Below, piece after piece: positions 9,720-19,279 of a stretch of 34,373 nt of DNA. Made by a program: the position numbers and the translations under genes. Position 1 is the first letter of the stretch. Every line of letters begins with the position of its first letter. Source of the DNA: Methanobacteriaceae archaeon (GTDB lineage Archaea > Methanobacteriota > Methanobacteria > Methanobacteriales > Methanobacteriaceae). The notes below the pieces were generated by a model. The model saw only the letters and a list, made by a program, of their open reading frames with translations. It was not told where the DNA came from and did no database searches. The stretch covers positions 1 to 34,373 of the forward strand of contig JAUXXK010000347.1 in assembly GCA_030681145.1 (NCBI GenBank), written 5' to 3'.

Positions 9720-11063
9720 TTGATAGAGAAACTTCAGCCTATTTTTTCTATTTTACCCCAGGTAAAAAATCCTGAGCACAGAATTGCATTTAAAGAAAAA
9801 TTGAAATGGACAGGAATTATATTGATCCTGTACTTTTTACTTACCCAAGTACCATTATATGGTCTTAGTCCCTTAGCTGTGGATCAATTTTCTCAGCTAC
9901 GTGCTGTTTTAGCTGGCAGCTTTGGTTCAATTCTTACTTTGGGAATAGGACCAATTGTATCCGCATCCATTGTGCTTCAGCTTTTGGTTGGCGGTAAAAT
10001 TCTTAAATTAGATTTATCACGACATGAAGATAAGGCTTTGTTTCAAGGAGCTCAAAAACTCCTAGCTATCATTTTTACACTCTTTGAAGCTATTGTGATG
10101 GTACTTACGGGAGCTATAGCTGCTGAATCTTCACAATTCATTTGGATACTTATATTTCAAATGACTATCGGAGGAATTTTAATAATTTTCCTTGATGAGG
10201 TCGTTTCTAAATGGGGATTTGGAAGTGGAGTAGGACTGTTTATTGCAGCGGGCGTATCTCAGGAAATTATAGTGGGTTCATTTAATATATTATCATCTCC
10301 TACTCAACCAGGTGTACCTGCTGGTAAAATTCCAGCGTTTATATATTCATTAACTACAGGATCACCATCTTTTGATTACTTAATTCCTGTTATAGCAGTA
10401 ATTGCAGTATTTTTGGTGGTAGTATATGCTGAGAGTATGAGGATAGAAATTCCTTTATCTTCTGGTAGGGTGAAGGGAGCTCGAGGAAAGTATCCATTAA
10501 GATTTATATATGCTAGTAATATGCCAGTAATTCTGGCCAGTGCATTGTTATTGAATGTTCAGTTATTTGCCAATCTTTTCCAAAAAATTGGTTATCCTAT
10601 TTTAGGAACTATTGTCAATGGGCAAGCGGTTAGTGGATTGGCGTATTTATTAACTCCTCCTCGTAGTTTAGATGTTTTATTTACAGATCCACTACATGTA
10701 ATTGTATATGGTGTAGTATTCATAGCAATGTGTATTGTCTTCGCGATTTTGTGGGTAGAATTAAGTAACATTGGGCCAAAAGCTGTGGCAAAACAGCTAC
10801 ATGATATGGGTATGCAAATTCCTGGATTTAGAAGTAGTCGAAGACAGTTTGAAAAGATAATGAAGAAGTATATTCCTGCTATGACTGTTTTAGGTGGTGC
10901 TTTTGTAGGTCTTCTTGCATTCGGGGCAGATCTTACAGGTGCTCTTGGTGGTGGTACTGGTGTTCTACTAACTGTAGGAATTGTATACCGACTTTATGAA
11001 GAAATTGCACAGGAACAGTTGATGGATATGCATCCAATGCTAAGAAAATTCCTGGGAGATTAA
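9720..11063 (+). CDS. secY: Preprotein translocase subunit SecY
   Basis: 447 aa, about 10 hydrophobic segments, conserved SecY motifs (GIGPIVSASIVLQLL, YASNMPVILA). TTG start after an AAGGAGTGA SD. Confidence 0.95.
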   Translation: MIEKLQPIFSILPQVKNPEHRIAFKEKLKWTGIILILYFLLTQVPLYGLSPLAVDQFSQLRAVLAGSFGSILTLGIGPIVSASIVLQLLVGGKILKLDLSRHEDKALFQGAQKLLAIIFTLFEAIVMVLTGAIAAESSQFIWILIFQMTIGGILIIFLDEVVSKWGFGSGVGLFIAAGVSQEIIVGSFNILSSPTQPGVPAGKIPAFIYSLTTGSPSFDYLIPVIAVIAVFLVVVYAESMRIEIPLSSGRVKGARGKYPLRFIYASNMPVILASALLLNVQLFANLFQKIGYPILGTIVNGQAVSGLAYLLTPPRSLDVLFTDPLHVIVYGVVFIAMCIVFAILWVELSNIGPKAVAKQLHDMGMQIPGFRSSRRQFEKIMKKYIPAMTVLGGAFVGLLAFGADLTGALGGGTGVLLTVGIVYRLYEEIAQEQLMDMHPMLRKFLGD

Positions 11064-11101
11064 ATTTATCTTAATTTTGAGTGAACAAGGAGTATGGTAA
11101 G

Positions 11102-11659
11102 ATGAAAGTAGCTGTTATGGCGGGAATTCCCGGATCCGGAAGTACTACGGTTTTAAACCAAGCATTAAAAGACCTTGATTACATTAATGTAAACTATGGT
11201 GATGTAATGCTCCAGATTGCTCAGGAAAAAGGATTAGTTGAAGATAGAGATGCTCTAAGGAGGTTATCTCCATCTGCGCAAAAAGAAATTCAAAAAGGAG
11301 CAGCAAAAAGTATAAGAGAAAGGTCGAAGCAAAATAACATAATCGTTGATACCCACTGCACTATTAAAACACCTGCTGGTTTTTTACCGGGGCTTCCTAA
11401 ATGGGTTTTGGAAGAACTTCAACCTGATATTTTCTTGTTAATAGAAGCTGATGCAGATGAAATTTTACTTCGGAGAATCAGTGATACTTCACGCACTAGG
11501 GATTTAGAAATGATGAAGGAAATAAATCTTCATCAAGAAATGAATCGAGCTGCTTCTATGGCATATGCCGTGCTTACTGGCGCCACTGTACAGATTATTG
11601 AAAATCACGATAATCAGCTTGAAAATTCTGTAGTGGAAATGGTGGAAACACTAAAATAA
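11102..11659 (+). CDS. adkA: Adenylate kinase, archaeal type
   Basis: P-loop GIPGSGSTT at the N-terminus. Archaeal AdkA family layout and position after secY. ATG at 11102 (MKVAVMAG) preferred over 11081. Confidence 0.88.
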   Translation: MKVAVMAGIPGSGSTTVLNQALKDLDYINVNYGDVMLQIAQEKGLVEDRDALRRLSPSAQKEIQKGAAKSIRERSKQNNIIVDTHCTIKTPAGFLPGLPKWVLEELQPDIFLLIEADADEILLRRISDTSRTRDLEMMKEINLHQEMNRAASMAYAVLTGATVQIIENHDNQLENSVVEMVETLK

Positions 11660-11806
11660 AATAAAAATAGTTAGAAATTTAATTAAATTTATATATTTAT
11701 TTATATAATCTAATAAAAATATAAACTAATTTATAATAATCTATTATGAATTTGATATTCAGATAAAAAAATATCTAACTATGATTTTAAAGAAGAGGAA
11801 ATAAAA

Positions 11807-12373
11807 ATGTTTGATTTAATCTATGGGGTTTTGAATGCAATATTTGGACCTGTAATTGCACTTGATCCCAATCCCAATAATCCCATATTCACAATTTTCC
11901 TGATTTCTACATTAGTGGCATTCTTCATTACTCTAGCCAATAAGTTACTGGTAGATCAGGACAAAATGGAATCTATAAAAAAGGAAATGCAAGAATTCCA
12001 GCAAGAAATGAGGGAAGCTCAAAAGTCTGGTGACCCTAAAGTTATGGAAAAAATGCAAAAAAAACAAATGGAGTTTATGGGCAAACAGAAAGACATGATG
12101 ACCATGTCATTTAAACCCATGATTGTAACCATGTTACCCATTCTTATTGTATTCTGGTGGATGGCCCAGGAACCACACATAGCAAATACGGTAGTAATGC
12201 TTCCACAAGTAACATATTATGTGCTTTTAGTACCTATATGGCACATGTTTTACCAGCCTCTCGCTAGTACACCTGTTGGTGCTATTGAATGGTTAGGATG
12301 GTATGTATTATGTTCATTTGCTATGTCTCAGTTATTCAGAAAATTAATGGGACTTAAAAGTGGTGGAATGTAA
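11807..12373 (+). CDS. DUF106-family membrane protein (archaeal YidC/Oxa1/EMC3-like insertase candidate)
   Basis: 188 aa. TM1, then a long Lys/Glu/Met-rich coiled coil (KMESIKKEMQEFQQEMREAQKSGDP...), then two TMs. This topology and the secY-adk neighbourhood match the MJ0480/DUF106 family. Confidence 0.75.
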   Translation: MFDLIYGVLNAIFGPVIALDPNPNNPIFTIFLISTLVAFFITLANKLLVDQDKMESIKKEMQEFQQEMREAQKSGDPKVMEKMQKKQMEFMGKQKDMMTMSFKPMIVTMLPILIVFWWMAQEPHIANTVVMLPQVTYYVLLVPIWHMFYQPLASTPVGAIEWLGWYVLCSFAMSQLFRKLMGLKSGGM

Positions 12374-12545
12374 GTACTAACATTAATTTAATTCGAATAA
12401 GTTTCATAAATAAATACACTAATTTATATTATAAACTATTCAAATAAATTATATCTAAATAAAGTAAGATATTATCATATCTAATTTTTAGAGTATATTG
12501 TTAGTAACGAAATTTTTATATTAATTAATAATTAGGAGAGATAAA

Positions 12546-12812
12546 ATGCCAGCATTAAGATATAGATCCAGATCATACAAGAGGACTTTTAAAAGGACTC
12601 CTGGTGGAAAAACGGTCTTAAGATATAAAAAGAAAAAACCAAGTAAGCACATATGTGCAGAATGTGGTAAATTACTCCATGGTGTTCCTCGTGGAAGGCC
12701 ATATGAAATTAATAAATTAGCAAAAACTAAAAAACGACCTAACAGACCTTACGGTGGACATTTATGTACTGAATGCACCCGTAAATTATTTAAACAAGAG
12801 GCAAGGTCTTAA
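12546..12812 (+). CDS. rpl34e: 50S ribosomal protein eL34
   Basis: 88 aa. [16 protein letters not shown]...C.ECGK.L.GV is the L34e signature with 4 Cys. Confidence 0.93.
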   Translation: MPALRYRSRSYKRTFKRTPGGKTVLRYKKKKPSKHICAECGKLLHGVPRGRPYEINKLAKTKKRPNRPYGGHLCTECTRKLFKQEARS

Positions 12813-13330
12813 TGATTATTACCATCGGTGGATTAGCAGGTAGTGGAACAACCACTACGGCTAAAATATTGTCTCAAAATTTAAACATTCCTTTCGTATC
12901 TGTAGGTGACATATTCCGGCAGATGGCGAATGAAAAAGGAATGGATATATTAGAATTCAGTAAACTCGCCGAAAATAATATAGATATTGACACTGAAATT
13001 GATCGTAGACAGTCTGAAATGGCTAAAAAGTCAAAAAATCTTATTGTGGAAGGAAGACTTTCTGCATATTTTGTGGATGCTGATATAAAAGTATGGATGA
13101 TTGCCCCATTAGATGTTCGTGCTGAACGGATTTCTCAGAGGGAATCTAAACTATTAGAAACAGCAAGAAAAGAAATCAAAATACGTGAAGATAGTGAATC
13201 GCTCCGATACAAGGAGATTCATGACATTGACATCAATAGCCTAGACATTTATGACATAATCTTGAATACGAATAGTTTTCAAGCTAATAGCGTCGCCGAA
13301 ATAATAGAAAAAGTTACAAAGGTGATTTAA
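12812..13330 (+). CDS. cmk: Cytidylate kinase, archaeal type
   Basis: 172 aa. P-loop [14 protein letters not shown]. Start overlaps the L34e stop (TAATG). Conserved L34e-cmk-L14e arrangement. Confidence 0.88.
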   Translation: MIITIGGLAGSGTTTTAKILSQNLNIPFVSVGDIFRQMANEKGMDILEFSKLAENNIDIDTEIDRRQSEMAKKSKNLIVEGRLSAYFVDADIKVWMIAPLDVRAERISQRESKLLETARKEIKIREDSESLRYKEIHDIDINSLDIYDIILNTNSFQANSVAEIIEKVTKVI

Positions 13331-13557
13331 TGCCAGCAATAGAAGTAGGAAGAGTATGTGTTAAAACCGCAGGTAGAGAAGCGGGAGAAAAGTGTGTTGT
13401 AGTAGATATTATTGATGAAAAGTTCATAGAAGTTGTAGGATCATCTGTAAAAAACCGCAGATGCAACATTCAACATCTGGAACCTTTAGATCAAAAAATC
13501 GAAATAAAATCAGAAGATCCTGAAGAGATCAAAAAAGAGTTAGAAGCTCTAGAATAA
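13330..13557 (+). CDS. rpl14e: 50S ribosomal protein eL14
   Basis: 75 aa. KOW-like [24 protein letters not shown]. Start overlaps the cmk stop. Confidence 0.9.
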   Translation: MPAIEVGRVCVKTAGREAGEKCVVVDIIDEKFIEVVGSSVKNRRCNIQHLEPLDQKIEIKSEDPEEIKKELEALE

Positions 13558-13560
13558 TGA

Positions 13561-13568
13561 TCTTTTTT
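13561..13568 (+). terminator. Oligo-T tract (candidate archaeal terminator) after eL14
   Basis: TCTTTTTT lies 4 nt after the stop and is followed by a 200-nt spacer. Confidence 0.4.
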
Positions 13569-13757
13569 GGCGTTGTATGTGTTTAGCTTATTAGTATTTT
13601 ATTCAAATTAAAGATGTTATGAAATGATTATTGGTTCATAACTAAGATTAGGTGGCAAACTATATTCCACATTATCTGAATTTTTAATTCAAAAAATCTA
13701 AAAACATTATTCATGGATTTTATCAACGCTTAAATCAACGCCTAGCAGGTTATTTAG

Positions 13758-14720
13758 ATGGAAAATTTAATTATTAAAGCCGAAAGTGAAACCAATCCGG
13801 AGTATGGTTCCTGTCCGGATTCACGCCCAATTAAAGAACACCTTAGCAAGGGAATTATTAATCTGGACAAAACGTCTGGCCCTACTTCTCATGAAATTGA
13901 TTCATGGGTACGCATAATTCTTGACGCTCAAAAGACGGGGCATGGTGGAACTTTAGACCCTAAGGTCACAGGCATATTGCCCATAGGAATTGATAAGGCT
14001 ACTAGGGTAATGCAATTACTACTGGCAGCTGAAAAAGAATATATCTGTCTGATGAGACTTCACCGTGAGATTGATGAGCCTCAAATTCGTGATATATTCT
14101 CTGAATTCCAGGGTAAAATTTTCCAGACCCCTCCCCTGAAATCTGCAGTAAAGCGAGAACTAAGGGTTAGAAATATTTACTATGCTAACATTCTTGAAAT
14201 TGAGGGGCAAGATGTTCTTTTCAGAATTGGATGTGAAGCTGGTACTTATATTCGAAAATACTGCCATGACATTGGTGAAGCTCTGGGTATTGGTGCACAC
14301 ATGGCTGAACTGCGAAGAACAAAGGTTGGCTCTTTTAAAGAGGATGAAACAGTCACTACTTTACACGATCTTACTGATGCTTACTACTACTTGAAAGAAG
14401 ATAGTGACGAATCTTTAATTAGAAAATGTGTGCTTCCAATGGAAAAAGCAGCATCCCATCTTCCCAAAGTAGTTGTCAGGGATTCTGCCGTTGATGCAAT
14501 TTGTCATGGTGCAAAATTAGCTTCTGGCGGTATCTTGAGATTAGATGAAAACATTAAAAAAGGAACAACAGTGGCTGTTGAAACTCTCAAAGGAGAACTC
14601 ATTGCGGCAGGCGAAAGTCTGGAAACAGCTGAAGAAATTGTAGAATCAGAAAACGGTATTATGGTGGATATAAAAAAGGTATTTATGGAACCTTCAACAT
14701 ATCCTAAATTGTGGAAATAA
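13758..14720 (+). CDS. truB: H/ACA RNP pseudouridine synthase Cbf5 (TruB family)
   Basis: 320 aa. Catalytic motif GHGGTLDPKVTGILPIG and a C-terminal PUA-like region (VVVRDSAVDAICHGAKL). Confidence 0.93.
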   Translation: MENLIIKAESETNPEYGSCPDSRPIKEHLSKGIINLDKTSGPTSHEIDSWVRIILDAQKTGHGGTLDPKVTGILPIGIDKATRVMQLLLAAEKEYICLMRLHREIDEPQIRDIFSEFQGKIFQTPPLKSAVKRELRVRNIYYANILEIEGQDVLFRIGCEAGTYIRKYCHDIGEALGIGAHMAELRRTKVGSFKEDETVTTLHDLTDAYYYLKEDSDESLIRKCVLPMEKAASHLPKVVVRDSAVDAICHGAKLASGGILRLDENIKKGTTVAVETLKGELIAAGESLETAEEIVESENGIMVDIKKVFMEPSTYPKLWK

Positions 14721-14868
14721 AGTAAATGATATATTTTTTTAATTTCAAACTATTTTTATTAAAATAGATGAATAATTTATATCAATTTTATAAATAATTT
14801 TCTGAAAATTAAATAAACTCTTTAAATACCAAAAACTATAAACCATAAAAAAATGAAATAGTTTTTTA

Positions 14869-14898
14869 CTATTTATAAGATAGCTATTTATAAAATAG
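14869..14898 (+). promoter_or_regulatory. Tandem TATA-box-like elements upstream of tRNA-Ser
   Basis: CTATTTATAA occurs twice (14869-14878 and 14884-14893). A third TTTATAAG is at 14920-14927. No TSS can be assigned from sequence alone. Confidence 0.3.
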
Positions 14899-14942
14899 TT
14901 TAATATTGCATTGCTGAAGTTTATAAGACCATATTATCTATG

Positions 14943-15029
<87 letters not shown>

Positions 15030-15191
15030 ATTGGTATATATGTAAGTTCTAAAGAATATTTTTTAGTTCTTACCCCTATGACAATATTTGCACATTAAAA
15101 AAAGAAATATGAAAAAACAGACATTAGTTAATGTCTTGAATTCGCACATTTCCCGTCTGTGGATTCGCTCTGTATTTGGAGGTTACATAAA

Positions 15192-15647
15192 ATGGATGAA
15201 GATTTTAAGCACTTAGTTCGTATTGCCAGAAAGGATGTAAATGGTAATAAAGCTATTATAAATGCTTTAACAGATATTAAAGGTGTTGGAAACGGATTAT
15301 CCAAAGCAATAATCATTGCTATGGGTTTTGACCTTGAGCAAAAAATGGGTTACCTTTCTGATGAAGATGTTTTAAAAATTGAGGAAGCATTAAAAGATCC
15401 TCAAAAATACGATATCCCCGAATGGATGTTAAACCGTCGTAACGATTACGAAACTGGTGAAACTAAACATTTAATTGAATCTGATCTTGTAATGTGTCTT
15501 CGAGATGATCTAAATAGAATGAAGAAAACTCGAAGTTACAAAGGACGAAGACATGAAGTTGGTTTACCTGTCAGAGGTCAAAGGACCAAATCTACCTTCA
15601 GAAAAGGTTCTTCTGTTGGCGTAAGAAGAAGGAGAGGAAGACAATAG
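15192..15647 (+). CDS. rps13p: 30S ribosomal protein uS13
   Basis: [18 protein letters not shown]...GVG...RGQRTKS is the S13 signature. ATG at 15192 sits 8 nt after GGAGG. The track start at 15159 adds an unlikely 11-aa leader. Confidence 0.92.
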   Translation: MDEDFKHLVRIARKDVNGNKAIINALTDIKGVGNGLSKAIIIAMGFDLEQKMGYLSDEDVLKIEEALKDPQKYDIPEWMLNRRNDYETGETKHLIESDLVMCLRDDLNRMKKTRSYKGRRHEVGLPVRGQRTKSTFRKGSSVGVRRRRGRQ

Positions 15648-15699
15648 GTCATAAGATCATTGTCATTGTCAGATAAAACAATTATAAGGAGATATGGTT

Positions 15700-16233
15700 A
15701 TGGGACACCCAAGAAAAGCAAGGAAAAAGTACGATACTCCTCCACACCCATGGAATGCAGATAGGATTAAGGAAGAAAATAAACTTACATCCAAGTACGG
15801 CCTAAAAAATAAGAAAGAAATTTGGAAAGCCGAAACCATGGTGCGAAGATACAGAAGAGATGCTAGATATTTACTAGGTCTTTCCACTGAACATACAGAA
15901 GGGGAAAGAAAAGAATTATTAGGGCATCTGATAAGATTTGGAATTTTAGGAGAAAAAGCTCATCTGGAAAATGTTTTAGATCTTACCGTTGAAGACGTTT
16001 TAAGAAGAAGATTACAAACTATGGTTCACCAGAAAGGTCTTTCCCGAACTGCTAAAGAAGCAAGAATCTTTGTTGTGCACGGACACATTGCCTTAAATGG
16101 TAAAAAAATTGATTCACCAAGTTACATTGTAAAAAGAGGAGAGGAAGATAGTATAGGATACTATGCTTCATCCCCAGTGGCCAAACAATTCCAAACTAAG
16201 CAAGAAACTAAACCTGCTGAGGAAAAAAATTAA
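15700..16233 (+). CDS. rps4p: 30S ribosomal protein uS4
   Basis: [18 protein letters not shown] is the archaeal S4 N-terminus, followed by an S4 RNA-binding domain. The second ATG is better spaced from the AAGGAG SD. ATG at 15694 is also possible. Confidence 0.92.
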   Translation: MGHPRKARKKYDTPPHPWNADRIKEENKLTSKYGLKNKKEIWKAETMVRRYRRDARYLLGLSTEHTEGERKELLGHLIRFGILGEKAHLENVLDLTVEDVLRRRLQTMVHQKGLSRTAKEARIFVVHGHIALNGKKIDSPSYIVKRGEEDSIGYYASSPVAKQFQTKQETKPAEEKN

Positions 16234-16248
16234 TTAAGAGGCGTTATA

Positions 16249-16641
16249 ATGGCTGAAAAAGAAAAATGGGGTATTGCTAATATTTACTCATCATTTAACA
16301 ATACAATAATAACCATTACTGATATCACAGGAGCAGAAACCATTACCCAATGGTCTGGTGGTAAAGTTGTACGGGCCGACAGACAGGAGTCATCTCCTTT
16401 TGCGGCAATGGAAGCTGCCTCCAGAGCTGCCGATGATACTAAAGAAAAGGGAATCGTAGGATTACATATAAAAGTACGTGCTCCCGGTGGAAACGGACCT
16501 AGAACTCCTGGGCCTGGTGCTCAAGCTACAATTAGGGCTTTAGCCAGAGCAGGTATTCGAATTGGTAAAATTGAAGATGTTACTCCTATACCTCACGATG
16601 GTACCGGAAGGCCTGGAGGTAAGAGAGGAAGAAGGGTCTAA
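16249..16641 (+). CDS. rps11p: 30S ribosomal protein uS11
   Basis: 130 aa. [18 protein letters not shown]...[15 protein letters not shown] is the S11 signature. Confidence 0.95.
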   Translation: MAEKEKWGIANIYSSFNNTIITITDITGAETITQWSGGKVVRADRQESSPFAAMEAASRAADDTKEKGIVGLHIKVRAPGGNGPRTPGPGAQATIRALARAGIRIGKIEDVTPIPHDGTGRPGGKRGRRV

Positions 16642-16642
16642 T

Positions 16643-17434
16643 ATGGAGATTCATGTCCAAAAGAAGAATGAGATTGAACTTGTTTTTACGATCAGCGGTG
16701 CGGATATGTCTTTTGTCAATGCCATTCGTAGAGTGTGTATGATGGAAGTTCCTAAAATGGCAATTGACGACGTGCACATAATTAAAAATGACTCCGCCAT
16801 GTTCGATGAGGTTCTTGCCCATAGATTAGGATTATTACCACTGGTATCTGATTCTGAATCTATTGATGGTATGATATTACCTGAAGAATGTGACTGTGAG
16901 GAATACTGCCCAAAATGTAGTGTTTCTATGGTTCTAAAAAAAGAAGGACCTGGAGTTGTTTATTCCAAAGACTTATCTTCAGAAGACTCAAGGATAAAAC
17001 CAGTTTATGATACTATACCTCTTCTAAAACTCAAAGACGATCAAGAAGTTGAATTAGAGGCAACAGCCCAGTTAGGAATAGGAATGGAACATGCTAAATG
17101 GGAACCTACTACCGCATGTGCCTATAAATTCTATCCACAAATAACTATTGGTGAAGATTGCCAGTCCTGTCAAAAATGTGCTGAAGCATGTCCAAGAGGA
17201 GTTCTTGAATTCGATAAAAAATCTGAAAAGATTAAAGTAGTCGATGAATTGAACTGTTCTATGTGTAAGAGCTGCTTTAGAGTATGTGAATCTCGCACAA
17301 TTGATATAGGATTTGATGATACTAAATTCATTTTTACGATCGAAACTGACGGTTCAACACCTCCGGAAGAGGTTTTAATCAAAGCTTGTGATGTATTATC
17401 AGAAAAAGCGGACAAGATTATTGACATTTTGTGA
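16643..17434 (+). CDS. rpoD: DNA-directed RNA polymerase subunit D (Rpo3) with a ferredoxin-like double 4Fe-4S domain
   Basis: MEIHVQKKNEIELVFTISGADMSFVNAIRR is the RpoD/RPB3 N-terminus. ATG lies 1 nt after the S11 stop. Contains CQSCQKCAEACP and CSMCKSCFRVC motifs. The track start at 16562 overlaps S11 and is rejected. Confidence 0.92.
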   Translation: MEIHVQKKNEIELVFTISGADMSFVNAIRRVCMMEVPKMAIDDVHIIKNDSAMFDEVLAHRLGLLPLVSDSESIDGMILPEECDCEEYCPKCSVSMVLKKEGPGVVYSKDLSSEDSRIKPVYDTIPLLKLKDDQEVELEATAQLGIGMEHAKWEPTTACAYKFYPQITIGEDCQSCQKCAEACPRGVLEFDKKSEKIKVVDELNCSMCKSCFRVCESRTIDIGFDDTKFIFTIETDGSTPPEEVLIKACDVLSEKADKIIDIL

Positions 17435-17447
17435 AGGAGGCTAATCA

Positions 17448-17813
17448 ATGGTAAGAAAAATTACCAAGACTAACCCTAACATAATTGAACTTATAGGGAC
17501 TCTTAAGAAAAAATCTAATTCAGAAGAAGCAGCAATCTGGAAGGATGTTGCAAAAAGATTGGAGAGATCTACCCGTAGAAAATCTCAAGTTAACCTATCT
17601 ACTATCAACAGACATTCCAGCGCTGATGAAACAGTATTAATACCTGGAAAAGTTTTAGGAAGTGGTGAAATTAACCACAAAGTAAATGTAGTAGCTCTTG
17701 GATTCTCTCAATCAGCTCAGGAAAAAATTGAAAGTGCAGGCGGAGAGTGCCTGGATATTGGTACCGCTCTGGAAAAAAATCCCAAGGGTAGCAACATCAG
17801 AATATTAGAATAA
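17448..17813 (+). CDS. rpl18e: 50S ribosomal protein eL18
   Basis: 121 aa. Archaeal L18e pattern (TNPNIIELI..LKK...IWKDVAKRL...VNLS.I) after rpoD. Confidence 0.92.
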   Translation: MVRKITKTNPNIIELIGTLKKKSNSEEAAIWKDVAKRLERSTRRKSQVNLSTINRHSSADETVLIPGKVLGSGEINHKVNVVALGFSQSAQEKIESAGGECLDIGTALEKNPKGSNIRILE

Positions 17814-17835
17814 TTAAAAATAACGTGGTGTTTTT

Positions 17836-18258
17836 ATGATTATCGATGGAGACGGACACATCATGGGAAGACTTGCCAGTGTAGTAAGTAAAAAACTTCT
17901 CGATGGAGAAAATGTTGTAGTTCTCAATGCAGAGAAAATAATTATCACTGGATCGAAGGAATGGGCTTACGCCAGATACAAACAAAGACTCGACAGGGCT
18001 AGTATCTCCAACCCCCGAAAAATGGGTCCTAAATTTCCTAAACGGCCAGATGATATATTTAGAAGAACAGTAAGAGGAATGTTACCTTATAAAAAACCTA
18101 CTGGAAGAAAAGCTTATAAAAGCCTTAAAGCTTTCGTAGGCATCCCTCGTGAGTTTTCAGATATAGAAACTTCCAATGTTCCAGAAGCTCAAGCAAAACA
18201 TATTAAGAAAAATACTGATCTTGGAGAAATTTCTAAGCTTTTAGGAGCCAAGTTTTAA
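17836..18258 (+). CDS. rpl13p: 50S ribosomal protein uL13
   Basis: 140 aa. [31 protein letters not shown] is the L13 signature. Confidence 0.95.
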   Translation: MIIDGDGHIMGRLASVVSKKLLDGENVVVLNAEKIIITGSKEWAYARYKQRLDRASISNPRKMGPKFPKRPDDIFRRTVRGMLPYKKPTGRKAYKSLKAFVGIPREFSDIETSNVPEAQAKHIKKNTDLGEISKLLGAKF

Positions 18259-18292
18259 TCTCAAAGATTAATTTTATGCAGGATGTGTAACG

Positions 18293-18694
18293 ATGAAAAA
18301 AGTTGTTCATACAAGTGGAAAAAGAAAAACTGCCATTGCTAGAGGCACATTACATGAAGGGAAAGGCAGAATCCGTATTAATAAGTCTCCTGTAGAGTTA
18401 TACGATCCGGAGTTAGCCCGCCAAAAAATTTCAGAACCCTTAACTTTAGCTGGTGATATCATTAACGATATCGACATTGACGTTAAAGTTATTGGTGGTG
18501 GAGTAATGGGTCAAGCTGAAGCTGCCCGTATGGTTATTGCAAAAGGCCTAGTTCAATGGACTAATGATATGGATCTTAAAGAAAAATTCTCTCAGTATGA
18601 CAGAACCATGCTGGTAGGAGACCCTCGACGTTCCGAACCTAAAAAATATGGTGGAAAAGGCGCTCGAGCTAGAAAACAGAAGAGTTATCGTTAA
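18293..18694 (+). CDS. rps9p: 30S ribosomal protein uS9
   Basis: 133 aa. [11 protein letters not shown]...GGG..GQAEAAR and a KSYR C-terminus are the S9 signature. Confidence 0.95.
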   Translation: MKKVVHTSGKRKTAIARGTLHEGKGRIRINKSPVELYDPELARQKISEPLTLAGDIINDIDIDVKVIGGGVMGQAEAARMVIAKGLVQWTNDMDLKEKFSQYDRTMLVGDPRRSEPKKYGGKGARARKQKSYR

Positions 18695-18753
18695 TCGATA
18701 ATTTTTTCATATTTTTATTAAATTTATCTTTAAAAAAAAATTGATGATCTGTT

Positions 18754-18921
18754 ATGATTCCAATAAGATGTATAAGCTGTGGTAAAGCAGTATCAGCATA
18801 TTTTGATGAATATCAAAATAGGACGGTCGAAGGAGAAGATCCTAAGGCAGTGCTGGATGATCTGGGTGTTACCAGATACTGTTGTAGAAGAATGTTAATT
18901 TCCCATGTTGAGACATGGTAA
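18754..18921 (+). CDS. rpoN: DNA-directed RNA polymerase subunit N (Rpo10); not in the ORF track
   Basis: Read manually: MIPIRCISCGKAVSAYFDEYQNRTVEGEDPKAVLDDLGVTRYCCRRMLISHVETW (55 aa). Zinc motif CxxC...CC is typical of RPB10/RpoN. Confidence 0.92.
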   Translation: MIPIRCISCGKAVSAYFDEYQNRTVEGEDPKAVLDDLGVTRYCCRRMLISHVETW

Positions 18922-18958
18922 GAGGGACCGTAGGGTAGCTTGGTCCATCCTCCCAGCC

Positions 18959-19067
18959 ATTGAATAAGTTTAAAAGTATGCATAAGCTTACAGCTTGTAG
19001 TATAAACAGATTCTAGTATTTAATGTATTCTATATGAATATCATATACTTGGTTCTTTCAACTGGAA
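18959..19067 (+). other. tRNA-Pro intron 1 (109 nt, between positions 32 and 33)
   Basis: hBHBh' motif. Outer helix 18945-18952/19069-19076 (8 bp, one G-U). Central 4-bp helix CCAG/CTGG. 3-nt bulges CCA (18957-59) and AAC (19066-68). Inner helix TTGAA/TTCAA. Confidence 0.7.
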
Positions 19068-19072
19068 CGGGG

Positions 19073-19118
<46 letters not shown>

Positions 19119-19126
19119 TCCCATCC

Positions 19127-19131
19127 TTTTT
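19127..19131 (+). terminator. Oligo-T tract after tRNA-Pro
   Basis: TTTTT begins 4 nt after the discriminator base. Confidence 0.35.
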
Positions 19132-19279
19132 ACTTTAAAGCTAAGCTTAAAAAACATAGATCCTGTTAAGTTTAATAACTTAAAAGTTTAATAATTATAT
19201 ATCTCAACTCAAGATTCTATGAATTTATATTCTAACTTAAAGCATTCATGGACTATATTATGAACATGGAGGAGAGATT

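Noticed and set aside
16562-16642. Track start for rpoD that extends 27 codons upstream and overlaps uS11
   Set aside because: The extension ([17 protein letters not shown]...) is an alternative-frame read of the S11 C-terminus. The conserved RpoD N-terminus begins at the ATG at 16643, right after the S11 stop.
18959-19067. Possible box C/D guide RNA or homing-endonuclease ORF inside the long tRNA intron
   Set aside because: There is no RUGAUGA box and no CUGA box at all in the intron. No ORF is longer than a few codons.
19168-19194. 11-bp direct repeat AAGTTTAATAA (x2, 16 bp apart) downstream of tRNA-Pro
   Set aside because: It is a pure A/T motif in a nearly pure A/T spacer, so chance recurrence is plausible and nothing else supports a function.
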